A DNA stretch of 64,000 nucleotides from Thermodesulfobacteriota bacterium (GTDB lineage: Bacteria; Desulfobacterota; Desulfobulbia; Desulfobulbales; JAGXFP01): positions 73,059 to 137,058 of the forward strand of contig JBDLJC010000001.1 of the NCBI GenBank assembly GCA_039714535.1, written 5' to 3'. Below, in pieces: positions 48,508-57,393 of the stretch (its first letter is position 1; every line of letters begins with the position of its first letter). A program made the translations under genes and the position numbers. A model generated the notes under the pieces. That model searched no databases and was not told the DNA's origin. It saw nothing but the letters and a program-made list of their open reading frames with translations.

Positions 48508-48611
48508 TATTAGTATTTATTTGTTGTTGGTTATATTTTGCATTTCACCATCGATTGGCAGGCACCTTTGCCTTGCTATCTAAATGTTGAAGCAGTTTTC
48601 AGGCATTTTCA

Positions 48612-48640
48612 CCCCTCAAGGGGGTACTGAAAAGAGTGCC
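48612..48640. repeat. Right 29-bp arm, exact inverted copy of 39845..39873
   Basis: The sequence is cccctcaagggggtactgaaaagagtgcc. Confidence 0.85.
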
Positions 48641-48814
48641 TTGTTTGTAATATCTCGATATTTTATCGACGACCTTAATAGCCGGTAGCCAATATGATAT
48701 ACCTATCATTTTATTTCGGTTGATACCAGAAAAAAGGGGACGGGCTTTAAGATCTCAAACCGAGAAGGATTTTTGTGTTGGCATCTGAGATAAGAAAGGA
48801 AGGTTGGGAGAAAT

Positions 48815-48848
48815 AAAAAAGGTTTTCGCTTGATAAACGGAAAACCCC
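48815..48848 (-). terminator. Rho-independent terminator (minus strand)
   Basis: The minus strand reads GGTTTTC(C)G-loop-CGAAAACC followed by T6. It lies 22 nt past the small ORF stop at 48870. Confidence 0.6.
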
Positions 48849-48869
48849 TGAAGCATGGTCGGCGGCTCC

Positions 48870-49064
48870 TCAAAACCAGCCGCTTTGCCGGCACCACTCT
48901 TCCTTGATCTCCTCAATCTGGTTCCGGTAGGGTTCCACCGGACTTTCCTGGCCGCATCCCGTGCAGACTACTGTGGCATTGTGTCAGCGGCCCCGGAGGA
49001 AGGCGGTCCCGCCGCAGAACAGGCAGGTGAGTTGCAGGTCGTTATCGGGCTCTGTTGTATTCAA
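48870..49064 (-). other. Small zinc-ribbon-like ORF with an in-frame TGA (48984..48986)
   Basis: Hand translation gives (L)NTTEPDNDLQLTCLFCGGTAFLRGR-TGA-HNATVVCTGCGQESPVEPYRNQIEEIKEEWCRQSGWF*. Two CxxC knuckles flank the TGA. The only candidate start is a weak TTG with a poor RBS. Confidence 0.3.
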
Positions 49065-49086
49065 CTTGGCTTGCCTGTTTTTTAAT

Positions 49087-49125
49087 AAAAAAAAGGGTTT
49101 CCGATTAATAACCGGAAACCCTTTT
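49087..49125 (-). terminator. Rho-independent terminator after tRNA-His
   Basis: The minus strand reads GGGTTTCCGG-loop-CGGAAACCC followed by T8. Confidence 0.75.
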
Positions 49126-49133
49126 GAATTTCG

Positions 49134-49211
49134 TGGGGTGAGTGATGGGATTTGAACCCACGGCCTCCTGGGCCACAACCAGGTGCTCTAACCAACTGAG
49201 CTACACCCACC
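49134..49211 (-). tRNA. tRNA-His (GTG anticodon)
   Basis: The reverse complement folds as a cloverleaf with G-1 and acceptor GTGGGTG/CACTCAC. The anticodon arm is CCTGG-TTGTGGC-CCAGG, the T-arm is GTGGG-TTCAAAT-CCCAT, and CCA is encoded. Confidence 0.9.
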
Positions 49212-49291
49212 ATGCATATCTGAACAGCAAGCAACTATTTACTAGAAAGATTTTCTTTTAGCAAGGTCAAATTGGCCAGAGACCACTTCTA

Positions 49292-49957
49292 TTATTTATT
49301 AGCGGTTTCCTTGCCGCAATGCTTGCAGATCTTGGCCTGGGCCTTGATGATTTCGGCGCAGTAGGGGCATTCCATCCGGTTATGATGTTTAAGGATTTTG
49401 ACGATGGCCAGGTTGGCAAGCTGCTCGATTGCGGTATGGCGGAATTTATGGGCCCGGATCGGGTCGATGCATGCCAGGTCATTAAGTTCGGTAAGCAGTT
49501 CACAGGCCCGGTGGCGGCTGTCCAGGTGGGCCTCTTCATCGGTTACCAGGAAGATGACCGGCTCCAGGTTTTTCTCCGCTACACAGGTATCGAGTTGGGC
49601 GCGGGCCTTTTTCTCATCCTCATAGCGAACGTTGCCGGCGCCAATCTTATCCGGATCGACAATGCTGCCGGTAAAGGCCTCTTTGCTGCCGACCATCATC
49701 GTCCCGCCTTTCTCTTCGTTGGGGAGCAGCATGTAACGGCAGGAAGCGGCATGGCCGTATTGTTCCTCAAAATGTTCCCAGCTTTTCTTGAAAACAGGAC
49801 AATCGTCATTAAGGCAGATGAAAATCAGTTCGGTACCCCAGCCCAGTCCGTCACCAACGTGATATGGCGGGGTGTGACAGCAGGAGAGCTGTTCGTTGCA
49901 GTGCGGGCAATCATGTTTCTGCCTGGCTATTTCATAGCAGCGCTCATCCACAAACAT
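49292..49957 (-). CDS. Cys-rich hypothetical protein with a C-terminal zinc ribbon
   Basis: The start is trimmed to ATG 49957 (RBS ggaggt). Contains CPHC..CC, CLNDDC and CPYC..CKHCG. Confidence 0.55.
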   Translation of the reverse strand: MFVDERCYEIARQKHDCPHCNEQLSCCHTPPYHVGDGLGWGTELIFICLNDDCPVFKKSWEHFEEQYGHAASCRYMLLPNEEKGGTMMVGSKEAFTGSIVDPDKIGAGNVRYEDEKKARAQLDTCVAEKNLEPVIFLVTDEEAHLDSRHRACELLTELNDLACIDPIRAHKFRHTAIEQLANLAIVKILKHHNRMECPYCAEIIKAQAKICKHCGKETANK

Positions 49958-50408
49958 TTTGAATCTACCTCCGGTAATGCGTTGAGAATCTCGTAACGGA
50001 TCGGTGGTTATAACCACCTTGAACCGGCAACAGGCCAACAACGATCGTTTGGATTTTAGTCGAGATCATTTTATATGCTTAAGAGGCTGAGAAAATAATG
50101 CATAATGTTATTGTGGTCAATGGGAGTTGAGAATTAATCGTAAATATAAGAAAACGGTTTTTCAGTTGATTGGTTTTGCGCCAACCTCGGCCCGACTCAA
50201 ACCTGAAAACAAGTTTGAAACAATTTTAGCTGTTTTTTTTGCCATTATGATATACCTTTACCTCCTTTGTGGACTCGATTCCATAAAAGTGGCAACGGGT
50301 TGGTTCTCTTTTTGTTGCCGGTAATGATTGTCGTCAAGAATTTATGCACGGGCCCCTATAAATCTTACAGGCCTGTTGTCTGTTAACTAACCAATACTAT
50401 TGAAGATT

Positions 50409-51473
50409 ATGGAAGAGATAAAGAAGTCCAGATACGCAGAAGCCGGTGTTGATATCGACAAGGGCAATGATTTTATCGATAATATTAAGCCCCTGGTCTC
50501 CGCTACCTTTAATCGCGGCGTCCTTACCGATATCGGTGGTTTTGGCGGCCTGTTCGCCCTGGGCAGTGATCGCTATGAAGATCCGGTGCTGGTCTCTTCC
50601 ACCGATGGGGTGGGGACCAAGCTGACCGTGGCCCAGCTTTGCGGTAAACACGATACAATCGGGATCGATCTGGTGGCCATGTGTGTTAATGATGTGGTTG
50701 TCTCCGGGGCCAAGCCGTTGTTTTTTCTGGATTATTTTTCCATTGGCAAATTGGATAACGAACTGGCTGTCGATGTTGTCAAGGGAATCGCTGAAGGCTG
50801 TAAGATCTCCAACTGTTCTTTGATTGGCGGTGAGACCGCCGAGATGCCGGGGATTTATAAAGAAGGTGATTACGATCTGGCCGGTTTTGTCGTAGGAATC
50901 GCCGAGAGGGACGATATTATTGATGGCACCGATATCCGGGTTGGCAACAAGATCATTGGTTTGGCCTCCAGCGGGGTGCATAGCAATGGTTACTCCCTGG
51001 CCCGCAAGATCTTCTTTGAGGAGCACGGCTTCGGGGTTGATACCCATCTGGATGAATTAGGCTGCACGGTTGGCGAAGAGTTGCTCAAACCCACTCGTAT
51101 CTACGTTGAGCCGCTGTTGAACATCATCAAAAATTTCAAAGTTCATGGTTTGGTTCATGTTACCGGTGGCGGTTTCTTCGATAATATCCCCCGGGTATTG
51201 CCCCAGGGGTGCAAGGTCAAGATTGAAGACGGCAGTTGGGCGGTTCCGCCGGTTTTCAGTTATATGTGTAAGCAGGGCAATGTTTCACCGGAAGAGATGT
51301 TCCGGACCTTCAACTGCGGGATTGGCATGGTTGCCTTTGTTGATGGTGATCAGGCCGATGATATCTGTTTTCAGTTGGCGGCCATGGGTGAGACCTCTTT
51401 CGTGATTGGTGAGGTTGTGGCCAAGGGCGATGATGAGCCGGTGATCGAGATTGACTGCGAGGCAAACTTCTAA
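50409..51473 (+). CDS. purM: Phosphoribosylformylglycinamidine cyclo-ligase (AIR synthetase)
   Basis: Contains YAEAGVDIDKGN, DGVGTK and GGETAEMPG. Confidence 0.9.
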   Translation: MEEIKKSRYAEAGVDIDKGNDFIDNIKPLVSATFNRGVLTDIGGFGGLFALGSDRYEDPVLVSSTDGVGTKLTVAQLCGKHDTIGIDLVAMCVNDVVVSGAKPLFFLDYFSIGKLDNELAVDVVKGIAEGCKISNCSLIGGETAEMPGIYKEGDYDLAGFVVGIAERDDIIDGTDIRVGNKIIGLASSGVHSNGYSLARKIFFEEHGFGVDTHLDELGCTVGEELLKPTRIYVEPLLNIIKNFKVHGLVHVTGGGFFDNIPRVLPQGCKVKIEDGSWAVPPVFSYMCKQGNVSPEEMFRTFNCGIGMVAFVDGDQADDICFQLAAMGETSFVIGEVVAKGDDEPVIEIDCEANF

Positions 51474-51532
51474 GCAGTTCAAGACAAACAATGCGGCTAT
51501 AGTGTGGCCGCAGATGGAGAGTTAGAGGGTAT

Positions 51533-51570
51533 AAAAAAAGGGGCGGTCGCTGATGCGGCTGCCCCTTTTT
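51533..51570. terminator. Bidirectional terminator hairpin between the convergent purM and mogA genes
   Basis: An A7 run, a GGGGC...GCCCC stem, then a T5 run. Confidence 0.6.
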
Positions 51571-51589
51571 ACATTGATTCTCGGGCAAT

Positions 51590-52099
51590 TCAACTTCTGC
51601 CGCAGTCCTTCTGGCCACCCTTTAACTTATATAAGGCGTGGGGCAGGGCGTTAATAACCACCAGCAGATTTTCGGTGGCGGCTTTTTCACTGCCCGGCAG
51701 GTTGATGATTATGCTTTTCTTCCTGGCGCCGGCCAAACCACGGGAAAGAATGGCCTTAATGGTTTTGCTGATATTCTCCATCCGCATCGCCTCACTAATT
51801 CCCGGGATCTCATAGTCGAGGATGGGGCGGGTTGCTTCCGGGGTAATATCTCTGGGGCTTAAGCCGGTGCCGCCGGTAGTTATAACCAGATCGATTCCCT
51901 CTTGATCGACCCAGTCGATTATAACCCGTTGGATTTCAGCAATCTCGTCCGGCACCATTGAGGTGGCGCTTAACGAAAAGCCATGCCGGCCAAGAATCTT
52001 GCCGAGGGCCGGGCCGCTGGTGTCTGCCCTTTCCTGACGGGAGCCCCGGTCACTGATGGTAAGAACACCGCAGTTGTAAGAATGATTAATCTCAGGCAC
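51590..52099 (-). CDS. mogA: Molybdenum cofactor biosynthesis protein MogA/MoaB family
   Basis: Contains VLTISDRGS...DLVITTGGTG.SPRD..PEAT. Confidence 0.8.
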   Translation of the reverse strand: MPEINHSYNCGVLTISDRGSRQERADTSGPALGKILGRHGFSLSATSMVPDEIAEIQRVIIDWVDQEGIDLVITTGGTGLSPRDITPEATRPILDYEIPGISEAMRMENISKTIKAILSRGLAGARKKSIIINLPGSEKAATENLLVVINALPHALYKLKGGQKDCGRS

Positions 52100-52101
52100 G
52101 G

Positions 52102-54171
52102 TTATTCCTTTGCGGCTTTGGCCTGTTCGATGATTTTTTCTGCCAGGTTCATCGGGACTTCTTCATAATGGGAAAATTCGGACTTGAATGAACCGCGGCC
52201 GGCGGTAATCGAATTCAAATCCGGGGCATACCTGAGGATCTCCGCCATGGGGGTCTGGGCGTTGATAACTTCAAGCTTGTTCTCGGAATCCATACCCATT
52301 ACCCGACCGCGTCTGCCATTAAGATCGCCGATTACATCGCCGACATATTCTTTAGGGATCATGATGGTCATATCCATGATCGGTTCGAGGAGGACCGGGT
52401 TCGCCTCCTGGGCCCCTTTTCTAAAGGCAAGTGCGCCGGAGAGTTTGAAGGCCATTTCCGACGAGTCAACGGCATGGAAAGAGCCGTCGACCAAAGATAC
52501 TTTGATGTCTACCACCGGGTATCCGGCGATTATTCCCTTCTCCATTGCCTCTAAAACGCCCTTTTCAACCGCAGGGATGTACGTTTTGGGGATGACGCCG
52601 CCAACGATCTTGTCCTCAAAGGCAAAGCCCCCGCCCTTGGCCAGCGGGGCGAGCTCGATCCAGCTATCGGCATATTGACCGTGGCCGCCGGTCTGTTTCT
52701 TGTGTTTGCCCTGGACCCTGGCCTTGCCCTTGATGGTTTCCTTGTAGGGGATTTTTGGCGCTTCAAGTTTCATCTCAACCCCGAATTTACGCTTAATCCG
52801 CTCGCCAATTACTTCCAGGTGGATTTGGCCAACGCCGGAGATCAGGGTTTGTCTGGTTTGCTGGTCCCTGGTAAGTTTGAGGGTGGGGTCTTCTTCAAGC
52901 ATCTTGCTGAGAGAGGCGTGGAGCTTTTCCTCGTCTTTTTTATCGTCGGTGGTAATGGCGTACGAGATGCTTGGTGCGATCGGGACCAGTTCATCGAACA
53001 CAACCGGGTCATCAGCACTGCAGATAGAGTCGCCGGTGACGGTTGCTTTGAGTTTAGCTATGGCAATAACCATGCCCGGCCCGGCGCTGTCAACTTTGCT
53101 CTGATTTTTCCCTTCCATCAGCAGAAGATGGCTGAACTTTTCGACGGTATCTTTGCTTGAATTATAGAACGAGTCACCGCTTAGGGTGCCGGATACCACT
53201 TTAAGGATGGTAAGACGACCGGCATATGGGTCGGCTATGGTCTTGAAGACTTGGGCGGAAAAAGGGGCATCCAGGGTCGGCTGGCGTTCGATAATATCGC
53301 CGGTCTTGGGGGCGGTGCCAATCTGGGCCGGGCAGTCGCACGGTGCTGCCATAAAATCATTGATTAAGTCAAGCAGGAGGACTGTGCCTGAATTGGCGGT
53401 GGCTGCGGCTAAGGTAACCAGGCTGATATCGCCGCTTTTGACGGCTTTTTTCAGGCCACTGTGCAGATCTTCATCGGTTAGTTCACCTTCTTCAAGGAAT
53501 TTTTCGATCAGCTCGTCGTCGGTTTCAGCGACCTGCTCCATGAGATTGTCCCGATATAGGGCAAGATCGTCAGCCATGTCCTCCGGGATTTCACTCTCTT
53601 TAACCGTACCGTTATCGCCGGCAAACATGTACGCTTTCTGGGTGAGGACATCGATTATTCCCTTGAAGTTGTCTTCTGAGCCAATGGGTAAATGGATAAC
53701 GGCCGGTTTAAAGGGCAGTTCGTTTTTGATCCCAGCCAGGGTCGTCTCAAAATTGGCCCTTTCCCGATCCATTTTGTTGATGACGATAAACGAGGGCAGG
53801 TGCTGGTTACAGACAAAATCGGCAATCTTTTCGGTCTGGCTCTTGAGGGCTTGGTTGGCTTCTATGACGAAGAGGGCATTGTTGGCTATTTTGGCCGCGA
53901 AGGCGGCATCGTTTAAAAAGTTATCGTCACCGGGGGTGTCGATCAGATAAATCGAGTTCTTTTGCCAACTGTAATGGTTGAAGGATGCGTTGATTGTTGC
54001 CTTGTGCCTGATTTCCTCGGCATCGAAATCCATCACCGAAGAACCATCGTCCACCTTGCCGAGCCGCTTGGTTTTGCCGGCGGTAAAGAGTAGAGCTTCT
54101 GTCAAGGATGTTTTGCCGCTTTTACCGTGACCGAAAATTGCTACATTCCGAACCAGATTAATATCCTGCAT
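52102..54171 (-). CDS. Elongation factor G family GTPase (EF-G paralog)
   Basis: G1 motif GHGKSGKT, DTPG and NKMD. 689 aa with EF-G domains II-V. Confidence 0.85.
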   Translation of the reverse strand: MQDINLVRNVAIFGHGKSGKTSLTEALLFTAGKTKRLGKVDDGSSVMDFDAEEIRHKATINASFNHYSWQKNSIYLIDTPGDDNFLNDAAFAAKIANNALFVIEANQALKSQTEKIADFVCNQHLPSFIVINKMDRERANFETTLAGIKNELPFKPAVIHLPIGSEDNFKGIIDVLTQKAYMFAGDNGTVKESEIPEDMADDLALYRDNLMEQVAETDDELIEKFLEEGELTDEDLHSGLKKAVKSGDISLVTLAAATANSGTVLLLDLINDFMAAPCDCPAQIGTAPKTGDIIERQPTLDAPFSAQVFKTIADPYAGRLTILKVVSGTLSGDSFYNSSKDTVEKFSHLLLMEGKNQSKVDSAGPGMVIAIAKLKATVTGDSICSADDPVVFDELVPIAPSISYAITTDDKKDEEKLHASLSKMLEEDPTLKLTRDQQTRQTLISGVGQIHLEVIGERIKRKFGVEMKLEAPKIPYKETIKGKARVQGKHKKQTGGHGQYADSWIELAPLAKGGGFAFEDKIVGGVIPKTYIPAVEKGVLEAMEKGIIAGYPVVDIKVSLVDGSFHAVDSSEMAFKLSGALAFRKGAQEANPVLLEPIMDMTIMIPKEYVGDVIGDLNGRRGRVMGMDSENKLEVINAQTPMAEILRYAPDLNSITAGRGSFKSEFSHYEEVPMNLAEKIIEQAKAAKE

Positions 54172-54191
54172 GGATGCCTCCGTTATAGAAG

Positions 54192-54372
54192 TTTGATGGC
54201 GTCACAAAAAATCCGATCTACGGCGTCGTAGCGCCTTTTTGTTCGTTCGGCATACCACATGTATGGCCTCACTCACAAAAACACATTACTCCTCGGAGTC
54301 TCACTCCGTTCGCTTACCTGTTTATCGAATTTTTTGCTTAGCCATCCCGAGACTTTTTACGAGACCATCAAA
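54192..54372. repeat. Copy C of the dispersed MITE-like repeat, with terminal inverted repeats
   Basis: Terminal repeats are tttgatggcgtc (54192..54203) and gagaccatcaaa (54361..54372), complementary at 10/12. The internal modules aaatccgatctacggcgtcgtagcg and cctcggagtc...cgcttacctg (54291..54320) are shared with copies A, B and D. Confidence 0.7.
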
Positions 54373-54865
54373 TTTAACCGGTAAAATATCAAGCTATGCA
54401 GATGTGCCGGGTCGTGGGCGATGTTTTGTCCGATGATCCTGGGAACCCGGCAAACTGTTTGGTGCGTATTGTGCGATACTTCGAGACCTTGTAATCGTTA
54501 ATTCTTACTATCAGGGGGCCTAATCTCAAAGGAAAAATTCTCATTTAAGAAAAAAATATTGGGGTGAAGGTTGTCAGTAACAAACGGTAAAGAGAAATAA
54601 GGGCAGATAACTTAATCACTTGCTATAAACCTGGATAAATTTTCCTGTAAGCATTATTAGGCTGGAACTGGTCTTGAAAATCATGAGTTTTGCCGGTGTT
54701 GGGTGTCGTCGCTGTTGTCATCCGCCCCGCAAATTGCTAAGTTTGCCTTGGAATTAATTGTTTTCCGGTCATTACTGAAGCTCAGTTACTTTGGAAATAT
54801 TTGTTAACCTTCTGATTTATTGATCAAATGGCAGCCAGAAATTATTTAGATAAGGACTTTTCTCA

Positions 54866-56461
54866 ATGAAAAAACCGGCAAAGGATACCGGCCGTATTGC
54901 CCGGTCGGCCGGCACGGTCAGTATTGCCGTGCTGTGCAGCAGGGTACTTGGCCTGATCAGGGAGCAGGTCTTTGCCTTTCTGTTCGGCGCCGGTTTTGCC
55001 TATGATGCCTTTGTGGTCGCCTTCCGGATTCCCAATCTGCTTAGGGACCTGTTCGGCGAAGGAGCATTAAGTGCCGCCTTCGTCACGGTTTTCTCTGATT
55101 ATGAAGTCAATCGTAGTAAGCGGGATAGCCTGCGGTTGGCCGGAAATGTCATGGTCTTTTTTGTAATTATCTTGAGTGTGATTACCCTGTTGGGAATCTG
55201 GCAGGCTGAAAATATTGTCCGCTTGCTGGTCCAAGCCAAGTTTGAGTTGACTCCGGGCAAGGTGGAATTGACCAGATTGATGACGGTCATCATGTTTCCC
55301 TTTTTGATTTTGGTCTCGTTATCTTCGGTTTGTATGGGAATCCTCAACACCCGCGGCCATTTCTTTATTCCCTCGGTGTCCTCCGCCTTCTTTAATCTGG
55401 GTTCGATACTCGGTGGCGTCGGCCTGGCCTTGGTTATGCCTAAGTACGGCCAGCCGCCAATTGTCGGCATGGCTGTTGGTACCCTGATCGGTGGGGTGCT
55501 GCAGCTGGTCGGCCAGTTCCCTTCCCTCAAAAAGGCCGGTTTTCGTTTCGTGCCGAATCTTGATCTGACCGATCCCGGTCTGCACCGGATTATTCGGTTG
55601 ATGGTGCCGGCGGTGGCGGGGTTGGCCGCCCTGCAGATTAATGTGTTCATCAATAGCTTTTTCGCCTCGTCGCTTCAGGAGGGCAGTCTGTCCTGGCTGA
55701 ATTACGCCTTTCGGCTCTTCATGCTGCCGGTGGGGGTGTTCGGGGTGGCCGTTTCCATTGCCGCCCATCCGGTTATGGCTCGTCAGGCGGCAACCGGCAG
55801 TGTGACCGGTCTCAAAGAGTCATATGTATCGACCTTGACGATTGCTTTTTGTCTAACGATTCCAGCTGCCGCCGGTCTCATTATCCTGGCTGAACCGATA
55901 ATCAGGCTGATCTTTCAGTATGGGCGCTTTGATGCATTTGCAACGGCCATGACCTCCCAGGCCCTGGTCTATTACGCGATCGGCCTTGCCTCTTATGCGG
56001 CGGTCAAGGTGACGGTGCCGGTTTTCTATAATATTAACCATACCCGTACGCCGGTGGTTGGGAGTTTCCTGGCCGTGCTGATAAATCTGCTGGTAATTCT
56101 GCTCTTGATTGATCATCTCCAGCACCGGGCTCTGGCTCTGTCGATCTCCTGTGCCATGACCGCTAATTTTATGTTCCTGTTTGTTGTTCTTTATCGTAAG
56201 TTGTCGGGTCTGCCCCTGCAGTATCTGGCGGGGGGATTTATAAAGGTGTTGCTTGCCTCATTGGCTATGATCGGCTGGTTGCTGGCGTTGGATGGTCTCT
56301 TGGGCTTGCGGGCGGCAGGCAGCAATATTATTGTCGATATGTTGATGCTGGCCATCTGCATTACTTCAGGGGTAGTTGTTTACGGAGTGGTGCTTTACAA
56401 GCTGAATCTGCCGGAGTTACAACTGGTTGTCGAAAGGCTGAAAGAAAGATTGTCCGGTTAG
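54866..56461 (+). CDS. murJ: Lipid II flippase MurJ
   Basis: 531 aa with 14 TM segments. LSRVLGLIREQVFAFLFGAG..DAF..AFRIPNLLR. Confidence 0.9.
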   Translation: MKKPAKDTGRIARSAGTVSIAVLCSRVLGLIREQVFAFLFGAGFAYDAFVVAFRIPNLLRDLFGEGALSAAFVTVFSDYEVNRSKRDSLRLAGNVMVFFVIILSVITLLGIWQAENIVRLLVQAKFELTPGKVELTRLMTVIMFPFLILVSLSSVCMGILNTRGHFFIPSVSSAFFNLGSILGGVGLALVMPKYGQPPIVGMAVGTLIGGVLQLVGQFPSLKKAGFRFVPNLDLTDPGLHRIIRLMVPAVAGLAALQINVFINSFFASSLQEGSLSWLNYAFRLFMLPVGVFGVAVSIAAHPVMARQAATGSVTGLKESYVSTLTIAFCLTIPAAAGLIILAEPIIRLIFQYGRFDAFATAMTSQALVYYAIGLASYAAVKVTVPVFYNINHTRTPVVGSFLAVLINLLVILLLIDHLQHRALALSISCAMTANFMFLFVVLYRKLSGLPLQYLAGGFIKVLLASLAMIGWLLALDGLLGLRAAGSNIIVDMLMLAICITSGVVVYGVVLYKLNLPELQLVVERLKERLSG

Positions 56462-56568
56462 CGGCTAAGCCGTCGTTCAAAAACAATTTTAATCTTGAGA
56501 TGGTTTGCGCGGCATCAGGATGTTGTAACGAAGTGGTCAGGAATTTTATGGTTTTTTCGTAACGGCTC

Positions 56569-57315
56569 CTAATTCCCTGGGGCCAGGGTTCTTAATAACT
56601 GGAACTGGGATAGAATGGCGGGTACGGCGGTATCGACCCTGAGGATGCGGGGGCCGAGCGAGAAACAGCTGAAACCCTGTTGGCGGAACAGGTCTATTTC
56701 AAAATCCACCCAGCCGCCCTCCGGGCCGATGGCGATTAGGGACGGACTGGCTGATTCGGCTAATAGGGACGGGGTGAGTTCTTTTTCCCCGCCGGGATGG
56801 GCGACCAGCTTGACCGGGCAATCTTGAACGGTTTCGGGTAAATAGTCTTCGACAAAGGGCCGAAAGCGGTGGTGGATGGATATTTCCGGCAACCTGGTGT
56901 CCATGGCCTGCTCCAAACCAAGGAGTAGGTACTCGCGGAGGTTGTCCTCGGTCAGGAGGGAGGCCTTGAAAAAGCTTTTCTCAACCCGGTTGGCGTTGAT
57001 CAGGAAAATCTTTTCAATACCTAGTGAGGCGGCTTGGGCCAGGACCCTTTTTAGCATGATGGGCCGGGGTAGGGCGAGGATTAGGCTGGTCGGTGTTTTT
57101 GGCGGCGGCGGGGTGTCGGTCTCGACCGTCACTACGACTAGGCCGGGCTCAATATTATGGATCAGGCCGGAGCCAATCAAGCCGTTGATAATCCCGATCC
57201 GGATCGTATCGCCTTTCTTGCTGCGCAGGGTTTTGCGAATATGGGTGGCTCGGCGGCCGGTGAGGGTTACTGATCGTTCTTTTATTTCCAGGGGATCGAT
57301 GAGGATCAGGTTCAT
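56569..57315 (-). CDS. rsmE: 16S rRNA (uracil1498-N3)-methyltransferase RsmE
   Basis: Has a PUA-like N-terminus, and IGPEGGW near the C-terminus. Confidence 0.85.
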   Translation of the reverse strand: MNLILIDPLEIKERSVTLTGRRATHIRKTLRSKKGDTIRIGIINGLIGSGLIHNIEPGLVVVTVETDTPPPPKTPTSLILALPRPIMLKRVLAQAASLGIEKIFLINANRVEKSFFKASLLTEDNLREYLLLGLEQAMDTRLPEISIHHRFRPFVEDYLPETVQDCPVKLVAHPGGEKELTPSLLAESASPSLIAIGPEGGWVDFEIDLFRQQGFSCFSLGPRILRVDTAVPAILSQFQLLRTLAPGN

Positions 57316-57393
57316 GGTATCTACTTTTAATGAATTCCAGCTGCTGTTTTGTCTGTTGAATATAATCGAACAGAGAAGGTAAACTAAATCTCC

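Noticed and set aside
48508-48720. An attI site or attC-like site upstream of the first island gene.
   Set aside because: This stretch has only short hairpins and the 29-bp repeat arm. There is no R''/R' box pair like those at the other junctions, and no intI-like ORF in either direction.
52102-54171. The EF-G paralog as a Tet(M)/Tet(O)-like ribosomal protection protein.
   Set aside because: Its length and motifs fit the second EF-G copy common in this kind of genome, it sits among biosynthetic genes, and no resistance context is evident. Sequence inspection alone gives no reason to call it a resistance gene.
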